Notes under the pieces: generated by a model
Seen by the model: only the letters and a program-made list of their open reading frames with translations
What the model was told of the DNA's origin: nothing
Databases searched by the model: none
Source of the DNA: Candidatus Parvarchaeota archaeon
GTDB taxonomy: Archaea > Nanobdellota > Nanobdellia > JAFCGN01
DNA length: 53,166 bases
Reading direction: 5' to 3'
NCBI GenBank assembly: GCA_017608045.1
Contig: JAFCGN010000007.1
Coordinates: 1-53,166, forward strand
Shown here: piece by piece, positions 27,701-38,328 of the stretch
Numbering within the stretch: the first letter of the stretch is position 1
Layout: each line of letters opens with the position of its first letter
Made by a program: the position numbers and the translations under genes

Positions 27701-29917
27701 ATGCATAAAGCACAAGCTGCACTTGAATACTTAATGTTAATAAGCTTCATTATCTTGATTATAGTGCCATTAGCGTATTATGCAAAATCAAAAACTATTG
27801 AAACATCTACATTAAAAGAAACAGAAACTGCATTAAATAAAATAAAAACAACTATTGACACTGTTTATGCAATGGGTTATCCAGCAAGAAAAAGCATTTT
27901 GATTTACTTACCTGAAAATATTGCAAATAGCAGTATAATCAATAATACAATTATATACTATATGGCTTCAGGAACTTCTGTTTGGGAAAGCATAAGCACT
28001 TGTATTGAAGGAGAAGGGCTTCCTACAAAACAAGGATATCATTTTTTAAATATTAATGCAAGGCCAAATGGTTGTGTAATGTTAAAACAAAAAAGCCTTT
28101 ACTACGTTCCTGATGAAATAAGCACGTACGTTCCGCACGATTTTTCAAAAACATTTTATTTGAACATTACTAATTTATTAAGCACAAGCGTAAATCTTAA
28201 TTTGACTTCTTATGGAAGCATGAATTCGTATATTGATTTGGATTTATCAACTCCTGGAAGGCAGACTTATTATGATTTAGGGTCTTTCAATGCTGGAGAG
28301 ACAAAAAATATCTTAATAGAATTGTTTGGTGATTCAATAGGTTCTTATAGTGGAAACATAACCATACAAGGTTTAAGTGAGGAAGCAGTTTTAGTGGATT
28401 TCACAACAACTATTGGTGTTTTGGATTTAGAGCCTGAATACCAAAAAGTTGATGTTGCTTATGGAGCTTATAAAGATGTTAGTTTAACAATAAATAACAG
28501 TGGTTTAACTGATTTATTGTTTGTAAATTTAAGTGTTGATACTGGTTTTGAAGATTTTGTTGATTTAATTCCTGGTGGTTCCAAAGATGCTTTTAGGGAT
28601 ATTGGGAATCTTAGTAGTGGAGAGCATTATTTTACAATAAGGGTTTTTGGAAATCAAACAGGGAATATTACAGGAAAAATAATTGCAAAAGCATATGATA
28701 ATTCTGATGATAACATTACAATTGAACTGAATTCCACAACAGATACAATACCTCCTGAAATAGTTTTTGTAAGCCCTACGCCAAATAATAATCAAGTAAT
28801 AACAGATGCTTTTGTTTATGTAAATATAACTGGAAATGAAGAATTAAATTCAGCACAGCTTGAATGGCAAGGAGTTAATGAGAGCATGACTTGTTCAAGC
28901 AATAATTGTTATATTAATAAAACAGGTTTAACAAAAGGAGATTATACTTATAGGGTGTGGGCAGAGGATTTAAGCAATAATGGTAATTGGACAGAAACGA
29001 TGGTTGTTAAAATATGCAAACCTCCAAGAAGATACGTTGTTACTCTTGGAAATGAAAATATTAATGAAGGCTTGAGTGTAAGCGGGGATTACAATAGCAC
29101 TAATAATAATGATGGTGTTTACAGGATTGTAAATGAAACATCAACACAAGTAATTCAAACATTTTTTTATGATGATTTTGAAAGCAATAGTTTAATTAAT
29201 TGGACTGAAACAGGAGGAGGTGATTGGAGAACAAGTTCAGCAAATCCAGCAAATGGGACGTATTCAGCAATAGCAGACAATAGTGATCCTCCGCAAGGCT
29301 CTCAAATGTACACAACACAATATGTTGATTTAACAACAAAGAATTGTGATAATGTTTTGTTAAGTTATTATTGGTGGATTGATAGGGGTCTTGATAGTGG
29401 CGAATATTTAGCACTTGATTTGTATGATGGTTCTTGGCATTATGATGTTTTAAGATTAAATGGGAATGTTGATGCTGAAAACACATGGCATGGTGTTGAT
29501 TATAATGTAAGTGAAAATCTTAATACAAATACAAATTCTTTTAGAATACAATATGATACATTAGAAAATTTGGCTAACGAAGACGTTTATGTTGATACAA
29601 TATCCTTAATAAGTGATTGCCAAAGCATTCCATTAAATATTACTTATTTAATAAATGATATTGATACTACTTATGATTATTATAATTTAAGTGTGAAAGC
29701 AAGCAGTTCTAATGAAAACTTTACAGTAGATGCTGATGGTGTAACCATTGATTATGTGGATTCAAGTGTAGATGAATTGGTTATTTACAATGCAACAAGC
29801 ATAGCAAAAGACGGACAAGTTTTGATTACTTTTTATGACACAGATAAGTTTAATGACACGAGTATTGATTCACTTAATATAGATTTCTTGGAGGTTTATG
29901 CATGGGATGTGGAGTAA
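27701..29917 (+). CDS. Large pilin-anchored adhesin (class III signal peptide)
   Basis: MHKAQ/AALEY + hydrophobic helix; Ig-like beta domains, DTIPP.I..VSPTP, YTYRVWAED..NN, and an FYDDFES jelly-roll-like domain. Confidence 0.85.
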   Translation: MHKAQAALEYLMLISFIILIIVPLAYYAKSKTIETSTLKETETALNKIKTTIDTVYAMGYPARKSILIYLPENIANSSIINNTIIYYMASGTSVWESISTCIEGEGLPTKQGYHFLNINARPNGCVMLKQKSLYYVPDEISTYVPHDFSKTFYLNITNLLSTSVNLNLTSYGSMNSYIDLDLSTPGRQTYYDLGSFNAGETKNILIELFGDSIGSYSGNITIQGLSEEAVLVDFTTTIGVLDLEPEYQKVDVAYGAYKDVSLTINNSGLTDLLFVNLSVDTGFEDFVDLIPGGSKDAFRDIGNLSSGEHYFTIRVFGNQTGNITGKIIAKAYDNSDDNITIELNSTTDTIPPEIVFVSPTPNNNQVITDAFVYVNITGNEELNSAQLEWQGVNESMTCSSNNCYINKTGLTKGDYTYRVWAEDLSNNGNWTETMVVKICKPPRRYVVTLGNENINEGLSVSGDYNSTNNNDGVYRIVNETSTQVIQTFFYDDFESNSLINWTETGGGDWRTSSANPANGTYSAIADNSDPPQGSQMYTTQYVDLTTKNCDNVLLSYYWWIDRGLDSGEYLALDLYDGSWHYDVLRLNGNVDAENTWHGVDYNVSENLNTNTNSFRIQYDTLENLANEDVYVDTISLISDCQSIPLNITYLINDIDTTYDYYNLSVKASSSNENFTVDADGVTIDYVDSSVDELVIYNATSIAKDGQVLITFYDTDKFNDTSIDSLNIDFLEVYAWDVE

Positions 29918-30327
29918 AAGCACAAATAAGTGTTGAAGCAATATTTGTTATTAGTTTTTTGTTGCTTGTTTTCGGTTTTTTAATGGTTGATTACAATTTC
30001 AGGTTAAAAGTGTTAAATAATGAGGAAATAATTGTTTCAGAGGAGAATCTTTGCAAAGGATTAGCACAAAGGATAGCAAATGTGTTATTGAGTAATAACA
30101 CTAAAACAACAATTATTTTGCCAAAAAAAATAAATGGTGTTAATTATGCAATAAATATTAATGGTTCTGAAAAAGTAATAATTCTTAGTGATGATAAAAA
30201 CAATAATATTTTTTGTGGAATAATTACAACAGAAGTTTATGATTCAACAAATAATAATGGGTTTCTTATTCCAAAAACTACTATTAATTTAATAAATATT
30301 GATTCAAAGGTGGTTTTTTTATGGTAA
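29902..30327 (+). CDS. Type IV pilin-like protein
   Basis: KAQISVE + hydrophobic helix (class III signal peptide). Confidence 0.85.
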   Translation: MGCGVKAQISVEAIFVISFLLLVFGFLMVDYNFRLKVLNNEEIIVSEENLCKGLAQRIANVLLSNNTKTTIILPKKINGVNYAININGSEKVIILSDDKNNNIFCGIITTEVYDSTNNNGFLIPKTTINLINIDSKVVFLW

Positions 30328-30827
30328 AAAAGGCACAAATATTTTCTGCAGATTTAACTATATCTTTTGTGATTTTTCTTGCGTTTATGCTTATAGGGAT
30401 TAATAAATGGAATGCAAAGCTGAATGAGTTGGATGAATTAAGAAACACTGAAAAACTATGGTTTGAAGGAGGAATACTGATGGAAACCTTATTTACTCAA
30501 GGCAATCCAGAAAATTGGACTTTAAATGCAATAAAAACAATTGGTTTAACAAACAAACCAAACTATCTTGATAAACACAAGTTAGAATTATTCATAAATT
30601 ATTCAAAAACAAATTATGATACAATAAAAAAAGAAATTGGCATTAATGAATATGAATATAATCTTAAAGTAGCATATCTTAATGGAACACTTATTTATGA
30701 CCAAGAGAACAATTTTAATCAAGGCAGTGAAGTTATTAGATTAACAAGAACCGCATTTCTTGACAAACATGAATTTAAGCCAAATTATGAAGAAGTTATT
30801 GTTGAGTTAATAGTTTGGAGGGTATAA
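30321..30827 (+). CDS. Type IV pilin-like protein
   Basis: KKAQIFSAD + hydrophobic helix; G.PENW......IGL motif typical of archaeal minor pilins. Confidence 0.85.
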   Translation: MVKKAQIFSADLTISFVIFLAFMLIGINKWNAKLNELDELRNTEKLWFEGGILMETLFTQGNPENWTLNAIKTIGLTNKPNYLDKHKLELFINYSKTNYDTIKKEIGINEYEYNLKVAYLNGTLIYDQENNFNQGSEVIRLTRTAFLDKHEFKPNYEEVIVELIVWRV

Positions 30828-30830
30828 CAG

Positions 30831-31250
30831 ATGCTAAATAAAAGAGGGGTTGTTTTATCAATAGATATAGTTCTTGCATCACTACTTTTAGTTTATTTTT
30901 TAACAAGTTTTTCTAAAATTTCTCATAATTTTGATTTTAATAGAAAAGTAATAAATGATGAGGCAAGAAATATTGTTGTTGTTTTAGAAGATGAGCTTAA
31001 AACCATGAATCTCACATTAATCAATGATACCATAAATGAATTAAAAAAAGAAGATTATGATTATTCTTTGAACATAACTTATTATGACAAGAATTTAAAT
31101 ACAATAAGTTCTACAACACTTGGAACTTCATTTAATGACCTTTCAAATGATTTTAGCGTATATAATAGTAAAGGAGTAATAATTGATAGAGGTAATATAA
31201 CAACGTATTATTTTGTTCAGCTAAGATTGTGGAGGAAAAACAATGAATAG
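30831..31250 (+). CDS. Type IV pilin-like protein
   Basis: NKRGVVLSID + hydrophobic helix. Confidence 0.8.
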   Translation: MLNKRGVVLSIDIVLASLLLVYFLTSFSKISHNFDFNRKVINDEARNIVVVLEDELKTMNLTLINDTINELKKEDYDYSLNITYYDKNLNTISSTTLGTSFNDLSNDFSVYNSKGVIIDRGNITTYYFVQLRLWRKNNE

Positions 31251-32061
31251 AAATGCTGTTATTTATACAATATATCTTTATTTTTTATTTTCCTTAATTG
31301 CTTCTTTAGTAACATTGGTTTTTATTAAATCAACAAACTTTTGGGACATGATGAACGACAATTCTTTTGCAGAAAACCTTGTTAATGAAAAAAACAATAT
31401 TTATTCTCTTTTAGAGGATAGTCTTAATTCAATAACGCATATTCAAACTGATAATCAGAATGTTAATATAACAATTCAATCGAGTTTAAATCCTAATATT
31501 AACATAAGTGAAAACTTGATGCAAACTGAAAAATTTATTAATATGTATAAGGACTTTTATGGAGCAAACATAAATATAAATTTTTCATTGTTAAAAAATG
31601 AGTTAAATAATGTTACAAGGATTATTGAACCTCAAAAGGTTTTTATTATACATGATTATGATAACAAAATAATTTATTTGAACAATACTTCTCAATTAAA
31701 AGGCACATATATTTTCATAGACCATAATGTAACAACATTTTCAACGCAGTGGATACCCACGCCATCTGGAGATTATCCTGTTGTTATAAAAACACCAGAT
31801 TCTGAAACAAGTGTTAATTTAACAAGGACTTCTTCTTATGTTTATACAATTAGGTTGAGGCAAGGTTTTGTTTCTGAGAGGATACGTATTTTTTTTAATT
31901 TAGATGTTGGTGAAATTCTTGTTGATTACTCAGATCTTAGTGTTATAACAAATGTGACAATTTATTTCAAGAATGAATTAAGTGCGGGCCAAACACTTAT
32001 TGATTTTAATCAAAAAAATATTGTTAATCTTAGTTTAGGAAATTATGAGACAAGCATTTAA
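31243..32061 (+). CDS. Pilin-like/N-terminally anchored protein
   Basis: MNRNAVIY + hydrophobic helix; last gene of the coupled pilin operon. Confidence 0.65.
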   Translation: MNRNAVIYTIYLYFLFSLIASLVTLVFIKSTNFWDMMNDNSFAENLVNEKNNIYSLLEDSLNSITHIQTDNQNVNITIQSSLNPNINISENLMQTEKFINMYKDFYGANININFSLLKNELNNVTRIIEPQKVFIIHDYDNKIIYLNNTSQLKGTYIFIDHNVTTFSTQWIPTPSGDYPVVIKTPDSETSVNLTRTSSYVYTIRLRQGFVSERIRIFFNLDVGEILVDYSDLSVITNVTIYFKNELSAGQTLIDFNQKNIVNLSLGNYETSI

Positions 32062-32677
32062 ACATTATGTATTAAATGTGAGTATAATTCTTCTAAGTTT
32101 TCTCCTGTTTTAGCGCTTAAAGGAATAATTTTTTGTTCAGGAAAAACACTTTTTATTAAATCAACATTTGATTGAACGGAATTTTTTGAACTTCAAGATT
32201 TGTGATTAATGGAACATTTAAATCTTTAGACGGATTTTTAGTGCTGTCAATAATTACAATAACTGCATTCATTTTTTTTAATTCTGTTATGCTTTCAATA
32301 ATTCCTTCAATGGCTTCATAGCTTCTAATTTTTGCTTTTGTTCCTCTTATACCATATTTCCTGAAAATTTTGTAATCAACATCAGAAGCTAATCCAGGAG
32401 TATCAATTAAATCAAAATACATCCTCCCATATTTGCTTTTTAAACAAATACTTTTTAATTCCTGTATTTTGCGAGTTTCATGAGGTATTTTACTTACTTT
32501 GCCAAATGTTCTGTTTGCCAAGTCTTTTGAAATTAGATTGGCAAGAGTTGTTTTTCCTGCATTTGGGCTTCCGTAAATTGCAATTTTTAATTTTTTTCTT
32601 AAAATAAAATTTCTGAAAAAAAATTTTAATCTTAAGCTAAAATCTTTACTAAATTTTTTTGAGCTACTCTCATCCAT
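32058..32677 (-). pseudogene. Era-like small GTPase, frameshifted with G4 (NKxD) missing
   Basis: G1 GSPNAGKT, G2 PHETR and G3 DTPG are present. The frame ends ...KIPFNQMLI* at 32156; a second frame continues SNVDLIKSVFPEQKIIPLSAKTGENLEELY...* to 32058 (G5 SAK). Confidence 0.85.
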
Positions 32678-32794
32678 ATTAATATTTTAAAAATCAATAC
32701 TATTAAATGATTTTGTTAAACATTATTTTTAAAATATTAGTTAATTAATCTTTTTTTGAAAGAATTTAAATATATTCTATGAATAAAAAAGAAT

Positions 32795-33517
32795 ATGGTT
32801 ATGAGTAGGGCAAAAAAGATTTTTAGTTCAAAAAAAAAGCATTCAAGAAAAAAACTGAAAACAAAAAAGAAACAAAACAATAATGTAAAAGCATTGCAGG
32901 AAAAAATAAAAAAGACGTTTAAAAAAATTGATAATAAAGAAATAAAGCCTTCAAATGCGCAAAAAGTTTTGTTGAAACTTGCTTTAGAAACTCAGAACTT
33001 GATTAATAAAGATTCAAAAAAGACAAATATTCTTACAAAAGCGTGGACAGATTCTTTGGATGAGACTTTTAAGAATTATTCAGAAAATGAAAAACTTGAA
33101 TGGTTGTTAAGTCCTGATTTTTGGAAGAAAATTTATGAAGTAGCACCTTTTTTGAAAATGGAAAAAAATCCAGAAAGAACAAAAAAAATAATGAAACAAG
33201 CAGTAAAAGAGTTTTCTAAAGTAAAAAAAAGAAAGCCTTTTAGTAAGAAATTAAAAGAATTTTTTGGATTAAAAAAAAGGAAACCAGATATAATTATCTG
33301 GACTCCTGGAAAATTTGATACAAAAATTGACCTTTTACTAAAAATTTTGGAAAAAAAGAAAAAATTAAGGCTTGGAAAATTAAGCGAGTTGCTTAAACAA
33401 GATTACGAACTTGTTGAAGAATGGGCAACAATACTTGATGAAAAAGGCGTAATTCAATTGAAGTATCCTCTCATAGGAGATGCTTATGTAGTGAAGAGGG
33501 ATAAAAAACATGGTTAA
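32795..33517 (+). CDS. Basic protein with C-terminal winged-helix-like domain, coupled to pilus ATPase
   Basis: TKIDLLLKIL.....L..LSELL......VEEWATILDEKGVIQLKYP; overlaps the ATPase start. Confidence 0.7.
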   Translation: MVMSRAKKIFSSKKKHSRKKLKTKKKQNNNVKALQEKIKKTFKKIDNKEIKPSNAQKVLLKLALETQNLINKDSKKTNILTKAWTDSLDETFKNYSENEKLEWLLSPDFWKKIYEVAPFLKMEKNPERTKKIMKQAVKEFSKVKKRKPFSKKLKEFFGLKKRKPDIIIWTPGKFDTKIDLLLKILEKKKKLRLGKLSELLKQDYELVEEWATILDEKGVIQLKYPLIGDAYVVKRDKKHG

Positions 33518-35018
33518 GGAAAAAATATTGAAAGAGTATAAATTTAAATCAAATGGGTTGCCTATAAAAGTAAGGATATTGATGAAAAAAGGAAACATTT
33601 CTCCAGTGTATGACATTAAGTTACCTGCATTAAAGTCTGGGACAAAAATTATGCTTAACCATGTTATAGAAGAAATAGTTGAAGAATTGAAATTGAATTC
33701 TAAAGAATTAACAAATCAAAAAGAAACTTCTAAAATTAAAGAATCAATAGAACAAGAAATAAAACGGAAATTAAGAATTTTGTTTCCTCAAGAAACCGAA
33801 GAAAAAATAAATTTTTTGACAGGTGCAATAATGCCAAAGACCATGGGTCTTGGACCTATTGAACATTTAATAAATGATAATCTTTTGGAAGAAATTGTTA
33901 TCCGAAGCAATAAACCTTTGTGGGTATATCATAGAGAGTTTGGTTGGTTAAGAACTAACATAATTATTTCAGAACAAAAGATTTATGATTATGCTGCATT
34001 AATTGCAAGACAGGTTGGAAGACAAATAAGCACTCTTGACCCTTTGCTTGACGCTCACATGTTAAATGGAGATAGAATAAATGCTGTGTTGAGTCCTGTA
34101 AGTTCTTTTGGCAATACAATAACAATTCGCAAGTTCAGGCGCACTCCTTGGACAATAACTGAATTAATAAGCAATAATACTATACCAATTAATCTTGCAG
34201 CACAATTATGGTTGTTAATTCAATATGAAATGAGTATAATTGTAAGTGGGGGGACTGCAAGTGGTAAAACAACAATGTTAAACACACTGCTTTCTTTTGC
34301 ACCGCCAAACCAAAGAATACTTAGCATAGAAGAAACAAGAGAGTTGCAATTACCAGAGTATTTGTTTTGGGATTCTTTGGTTGTAAAGGAGCCAAACCCT
34401 GAGGGAAAAGGAGAAGTGAGTATGCAAGACCTTTTAGTTAATTCTTTGCGTATGAGGCCTGACAGGATTGTTGTAGGCGAAGTAAGACGAAGCGAAGAAG
34501 CAAGAACTCTGTTTGAGGCATTGCATACAGGACATAGCGTTTATTCTACAATACACGCAGACACGAGCGAACAAACATTAAATAGATTAATGAGTGAGCC
34601 AATTAACATTCCTGAAAGCATGGTTTCAGGAGTGCCTATAATTTTGGTAATGATAAGGGATAGGAGAAAAGGTATAAGAAGGGTTTTTGAATTCAGTGAG
34701 GTTGTGCCAACAGCAATTGGTGGAAAAAGTGGTGTGAGATCAAATATATTGTGGCGTTGGAGACCAAGAAAAGACATTTTTAAGGAAGAAGGCATCAGTC
34801 AAAGAGTATACGATGATTTAAAATTACATACTGGTTTAAGTGATGAAGAAATAAAAAAGGATTTGCAAGAGAAAGAAGTAATTCTTGAATGGATGGTTCG
34901 CAATAAAATTTTTGATAATAGAAGGGTTGGAAACATTTTTAAGGAATATTATGAAAATAAAGAAGAATTATTGGTGCAAATTAAAAACAATTCTAAAAAG
35001 TTATTAAAGGGGTTTTAA
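33510..35018 (+). CDS. Type IV pilus/Tad secretion ATPase (VirB11/CpaF family)
   Basis: GGTASGKTT, SIEETREL, LRMRPDRIVVGEVR, TGH...STIHA. Confidence 0.95.
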   Translation: MVKEKILKEYKFKSNGLPIKVRILMKKGNISPVYDIKLPALKSGTKIMLNHVIEEIVEELKLNSKELTNQKETSKIKESIEQEIKRKLRILFPQETEEKINFLTGAIMPKTMGLGPIEHLINDNLLEEIVIRSNKPLWVYHREFGWLRTNIIISEQKIYDYAALIARQVGRQISTLDPLLDAHMLNGDRINAVLSPVSSFGNTITIRKFRRTPWTITELISNNTIPINLAAQLWLLIQYEMSIIVSGGTASGKTTMLNTLLSFAPPNQRILSIEETRELQLPEYLFWDSLVVKEPNPEGKGEVSMQDLLVNSLRMRPDRIVVGEVRRSEEARTLFEALHTGHSVYSTIHADTSEQTLNRLMSEPINIPESMVSGVPIILVMIRDRRKGIRRVFEFSEVVPTAIGGKSGVRSNILWRWRPRKDIFKEEGISQRVYDDLKLHTGLSDEEIKKDLQEKEVILEWMVRNKIFDNRRVGNIFKEYYENKEELLVQIKNNSKKLLKGF

Positions 35019-35878
35019 TGAAAAAATTTTCAAGATTTTCAAAAAAGTTTAAAAGCATATCAAAGATAATTGTGAAATTTTATCCGAGTTTAAAAAATGA
35101 TTTGGAACTTATTCAAAACAACAAAACACCTGAAGAGTTTTTAAGCAGTAATTTGGTAATTTCATTAATTGTTAGCTTGTTCTTCTTTTTTTTCATTTCA
35201 GTTTATTTTTATTTACATGAAGGTGTTTTGTTTTTTGAAAAAATATTCTTGTTGTTATTTTATTCTATTGCAATTCAAATTTTTTTATTTTTTATTTTAA
35301 ACTTAAGACCAAGAATTGAATCTAATAAAAAAATGAAACTTTTTGAGAGGAATCTTCCAGTTTTCATAAGGCAATTATATGTGAGAGTTACTGCAGGGAT
35401 GTCTTTGTATGCAAGCATAGAGAACATAAGTGAAAAAGATTATGGAGGAGCAAGTTCATTAGCAAGAAGAATTGTTGCTCATGTTAGAGGTGGTTTGAAT
35501 GAAGTTGAGGCATTGGAAGCTGTTTCTAAAGAAATACCATTAGAGAAATTGAATAAACTTTTTTGGCAGATAATTAATTCAGTTAAGTCCGGGGCAAATA
35601 TATCTGAGACACTTAATTCAATGGTTATTGATTTAGAAAAAGAACAAGGGATAATGATTGAAGAATTTGGTTCTAAACTAACTCCACTAACAATGATGTA
35701 TTTATTGTTAACTATTATCTTTCCTTCTTTAGGAACTGCATTTGTTATAATTATTTCTTCATTATTTGGTACAATAATGAATGAAAAAATTTTGTGGATG
35801 TTTCCTATTTATATCATAATTATTAATTTCATATTTTTTAATTTAGTAAAAAGGATTAAGCCAAATGTTGAAATGTGA
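35018..35878 (+). CDS. Type II secretion system F family (TadB-like) platform protein
   Basis: ERNLP.F.R.L......G.SL...I, QIINSVKSG, TM segments. Confidence 0.9.
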   Translation: MKKFSRFSKKFKSISKIIVKFYPSLKNDLELIQNNKTPEEFLSSNLVISLIVSLFFFFFISVYFYLHEGVLFFEKIFLLLFYSIAIQIFLFFILNLRPRIESNKKMKLFERNLPVFIRQLYVRVTAGMSLYASIENISEKDYGGASSLARRIVAHVRGGLNEVEALEAVSKEIPLEKLNKLFWQIINSVKSGANISETLNSMVIDLEKEQGIMIEEFGSKLTPLTMMYLLLTIIFPSLGTAFVIIISSLFGTIMNEKILWMFPIYIIIINFIFFNLVKRIKPNVEM

Positions 35879-35884
35879 TTAAAA

Positions 35885-36880
35885 GTGAAAAATAGAATTT
35901 ACAAAAAAGTAACAGCTTTAATGCCTAAAAGATATGTTAATAAAGTAAAAGAAAGACTTTATTTTGCAGGAATAAAAGTAAAAACAGAAGAGTGGATAGG
36001 TTTTTTGACACTATTTCCAACAACATTAGGTTTGCTTTCAATATTTTTGCTTTATTTTTTTTACGGTGTTAGGAATCCTCTTTCTTTTATAGGAAGTTTC
36101 GTGTTAATAACCTTAATAGTCTTCTTTACAATAAATGCTATTTTGGTTTTAATTAAAGACAGGCGCGCTATTTTTGTAAATAAAATACTGCCTGATGTGT
36201 TAATGCTCATATCAAGTAATCTTCGTTCTGGCATGACAGTTGAACAAGCAATACTTAATGCGAGCAGGCCGGAGTTTAAATCATTTGCAATTGAATTAGG
36301 AAATGCAAGCAAAAAAACTTTAATGGGAGAAAATTTTGTTAAAGCATCAGAAAGTATTACAAAGCATATTGATAGCAAGGATTTAAAATATGTTGTTGAG
36401 TTAATAAACGAGGGCCAAAAAAGTGGGGGTAACTTGGCAAATTTATTAAGTACAGTAAGTTATGATTTAAGAGCTAAACAAAGACTTTTGCAAAAAACAA
36501 ACGCAAGCACTATAACTTATGTTATCATGTTTTTTATTGCAACAATTTTAGGCGCTCCTTTATTGTTTTCCCTAAGCACTTTTTTGGTTAGCACAATGGA
36601 GGGTTTAATAACTGTGAATGTTCCTTTAAGTTTTGAATCCCAAGTTAGTAGAACATTAAGGATTAAAGCCCCAATAATAACTGAAAATTATTTAAATTAT
36701 TTATCAATCAGCATGATTTTGCTTAATGCATTGTTTGTTTCATTCATGTTAGGATATATTCAAAAAGGAAGAGCAAATAATGGAATAAAATGGATTCCAA
36801 TATTAATGCCATTAAGCGTCTTTTTTTTCTTTTTATTTAAAAATATAATAAACAGTGTTTTTACAGGATTCTTCTTTTAA
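35885..36880 (+). CDS. Type II secretion system F family (TadC-like) platform protein
   Basis: LPD.L.LISSNLRSGMT.E.A.....RPEF, SGGNLA.LL, TM segments. Confidence 0.9.
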   Translation: MKNRIYKKVTALMPKRYVNKVKERLYFAGIKVKTEEWIGFLTLFPTTLGLLSIFLLYFFYGVRNPLSFIGSFVLITLIVFFTINAILVLIKDRRAIFVNKILPDVLMLISSNLRSGMTVEQAILNASRPEFKSFAIELGNASKKTLMGENFVKASESITKHIDSKDLKYVVELINEGQKSGGNLANLLSTVSYDLRAKQRLLQKTNASTITYVIMFFIATILGAPLLFSLSTFLVSTMEGLITVNVPLSFESQVSRTLRIKAPIITENYLNYLSISMILLNALFVSFMLGYIQKGRANNGIKWIPILMPLSVFFFFLFKNIINSVFTGFFF

Positions 36881-36886
36881 TTTTTT

Positions 36887-37561
36887 TTAATATATTCTTG
36901 TGCCTCTAAAATCTTTTCCATTTAAATATTTTTGAAGTTCATTTAATTTTTTCCCATTTATTATTATTACTTCTATTCTATTTTTCTGTGCAAAAATGCT
37001 TGCTCTTGGGTCAAAAGGCAAATTTAAGCCAGGCTTCCATTTAAATTTAGAAATAATCTTAAGCATATCATCCCACATCATATTTTTTATAGGTTTTGCA
37101 TTTTGATATTTATTCGGGTCCTTATCATATACGTAGTCTATATTTGTCAAATTAATTACTCTATGCACATTCTGTTTTTTTGCAGCAATAACAGCATCAT
37201 AATCAGTGCTCCACCCAGGTTTCCAACCAGAACATATTATTATTTTTTTAGAAGTTATTATTTTTTCAGGATTTGAAACAACTTTTGGAAAAGCATGTTT
37301 TCCTAAAGAAGTTCTTATTAATTCTGCATTTAATTGCGTGACTTTTATTCCTATTATATCTAATTTTTTATTTTCTTTTACGCCAATTTTTTTTGCTGAT
37401 TTAATGTATTCTCTTGCTAAACTCCCTCCGCCAACAAAAGCAATTATGTCATAATTTTTTTTTAGTTCAACAAGTTTTTTAACAAGAGATTTGACAAAAG
37501 CATGGTCTATTCCATCTTTTTTACTTATTAAGGACCCTCCAACAGAAAGAATTAATTTCAT
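36887..37561 (-). CDS. pyrH: Uridylate kinase
   Basis: SVGGSLI, VGGGSLAREY, PGWSTD.DA, TNIDYVYDKDP, PFDP; ATG 37561 forms an ATGA overlap with the minD stop. Confidence 0.95.
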   Translation of the reverse strand: MKLILSVGGSLISKKDGIDHAFVKSLVKKLVELKKNYDIIAFVGGGSLAREYIKSAKKIGVKENKKLDIIGIKVTQLNAELIRTSLGKHAFPKVVSNPEKIITSKKIIICSGWKPGWSTDYDAVIAAKKQNVHRVINLTNIDYVYDKDPNKYQNAKPIKNMMWDDMLKIISKFKWKPGLNLPFDPRASIFAQKNRIEVIIINGKKLNELQKYLNGKDFRGTRIY

Positions 37562-38328
37562 GATTTGAACCAATCTAAAATTTTTTTAAAAATGCTTTTG
37601 CGTTCTTTAAACCTTTCATACTTTTCTCCAATAATCTCAGCTGCAATTTTTTTGTATTGCGTGCTTGCCTCGCATTCAGGATACTTAAAAACAACAGGTT
37701 CATGCTCTCTTAAACTTTTTTTTACAAAACGCGATTCCGGAACAATACCAATAAGTTCCATTCCAAGAAATTCTCTTATATTCTCAATAGGAAGTTCCTC
37801 TTCTGTTCCTTCGTATCTTGTTATAATAAAACCTATTACTCTAACGCCATATTCTTTTGCAAGCAAACTTGCTTTAAGAGCATCAGTAACACTTGGAAGA
37901 TTTGGGTTAACAACAATAAGCACTTCTGTTGCAGCAGCAATCGCGCTCTCAGCATTATTATCCAAACCTGCTGGACTATCAATTAAAATTATGTCTGCTT
38001 CTCCAACTAAATCAATAATCTCATCTCTCAAACTTTTTTTAAACTTCTTTTTTAATTCGCTGAAACTTATTCCAGAAGGAAGAACTTTAATCCCGCTTTC
38101 ATCAGTATATAATGCTTCTTTAATTGATATTTTACCGCGCAGAACATCATTCAGAGAGTATTTTGTTTTCGGCAGTCCAAGATGAATATTTAAATTAGGA
38201 GTTGTTATATTTCCATCTACTAATATTACTTTTCTACCAAAATCTGTTAAAGCAGCGCCAATATTGCTTACACTTGTTGTTTTACCAACCCCTCCTTTTC
38301 CGCTTATTACAGCAATAATTCGCGTCAT
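37558..38328 (-). CDS. minD: MinD/ParA family ATPase
   Basis: SGKGGVGKTT deviant Walker A, IDSPAG, C-terminal amphipathic helix SIFKKILDWFKS. Confidence 0.92.
   Translation of the reverse strand: MTRIIAVISGKGGVGKTTSVSNIGAALTDFGRKVILVDGNITTPNLNIHLGLPKTKYSLNDVLRGKISIKEALYTDESGIKVLPSGISFSELKKKFKKSLRDEIIDLVGEADIILIDSPAGLDNNAESAIAAATEVLIVVNPNLPSVTDALKASLLAKEYGVRVIGFIITRYEGTEEELPIENIREFLGMELIGIVPESRFVKKSLREHEPVVFKYPECEASTQYKKIAAEIIGEKYERFKERKSIFKKILDWFKS

Noticed and set aside
27701-36880. Archaellum operon
   Set aside because: No archaellin, ArlF/G or chemotaxis genes; two separate TadB/TadC-type platform genes indicate a pilus.
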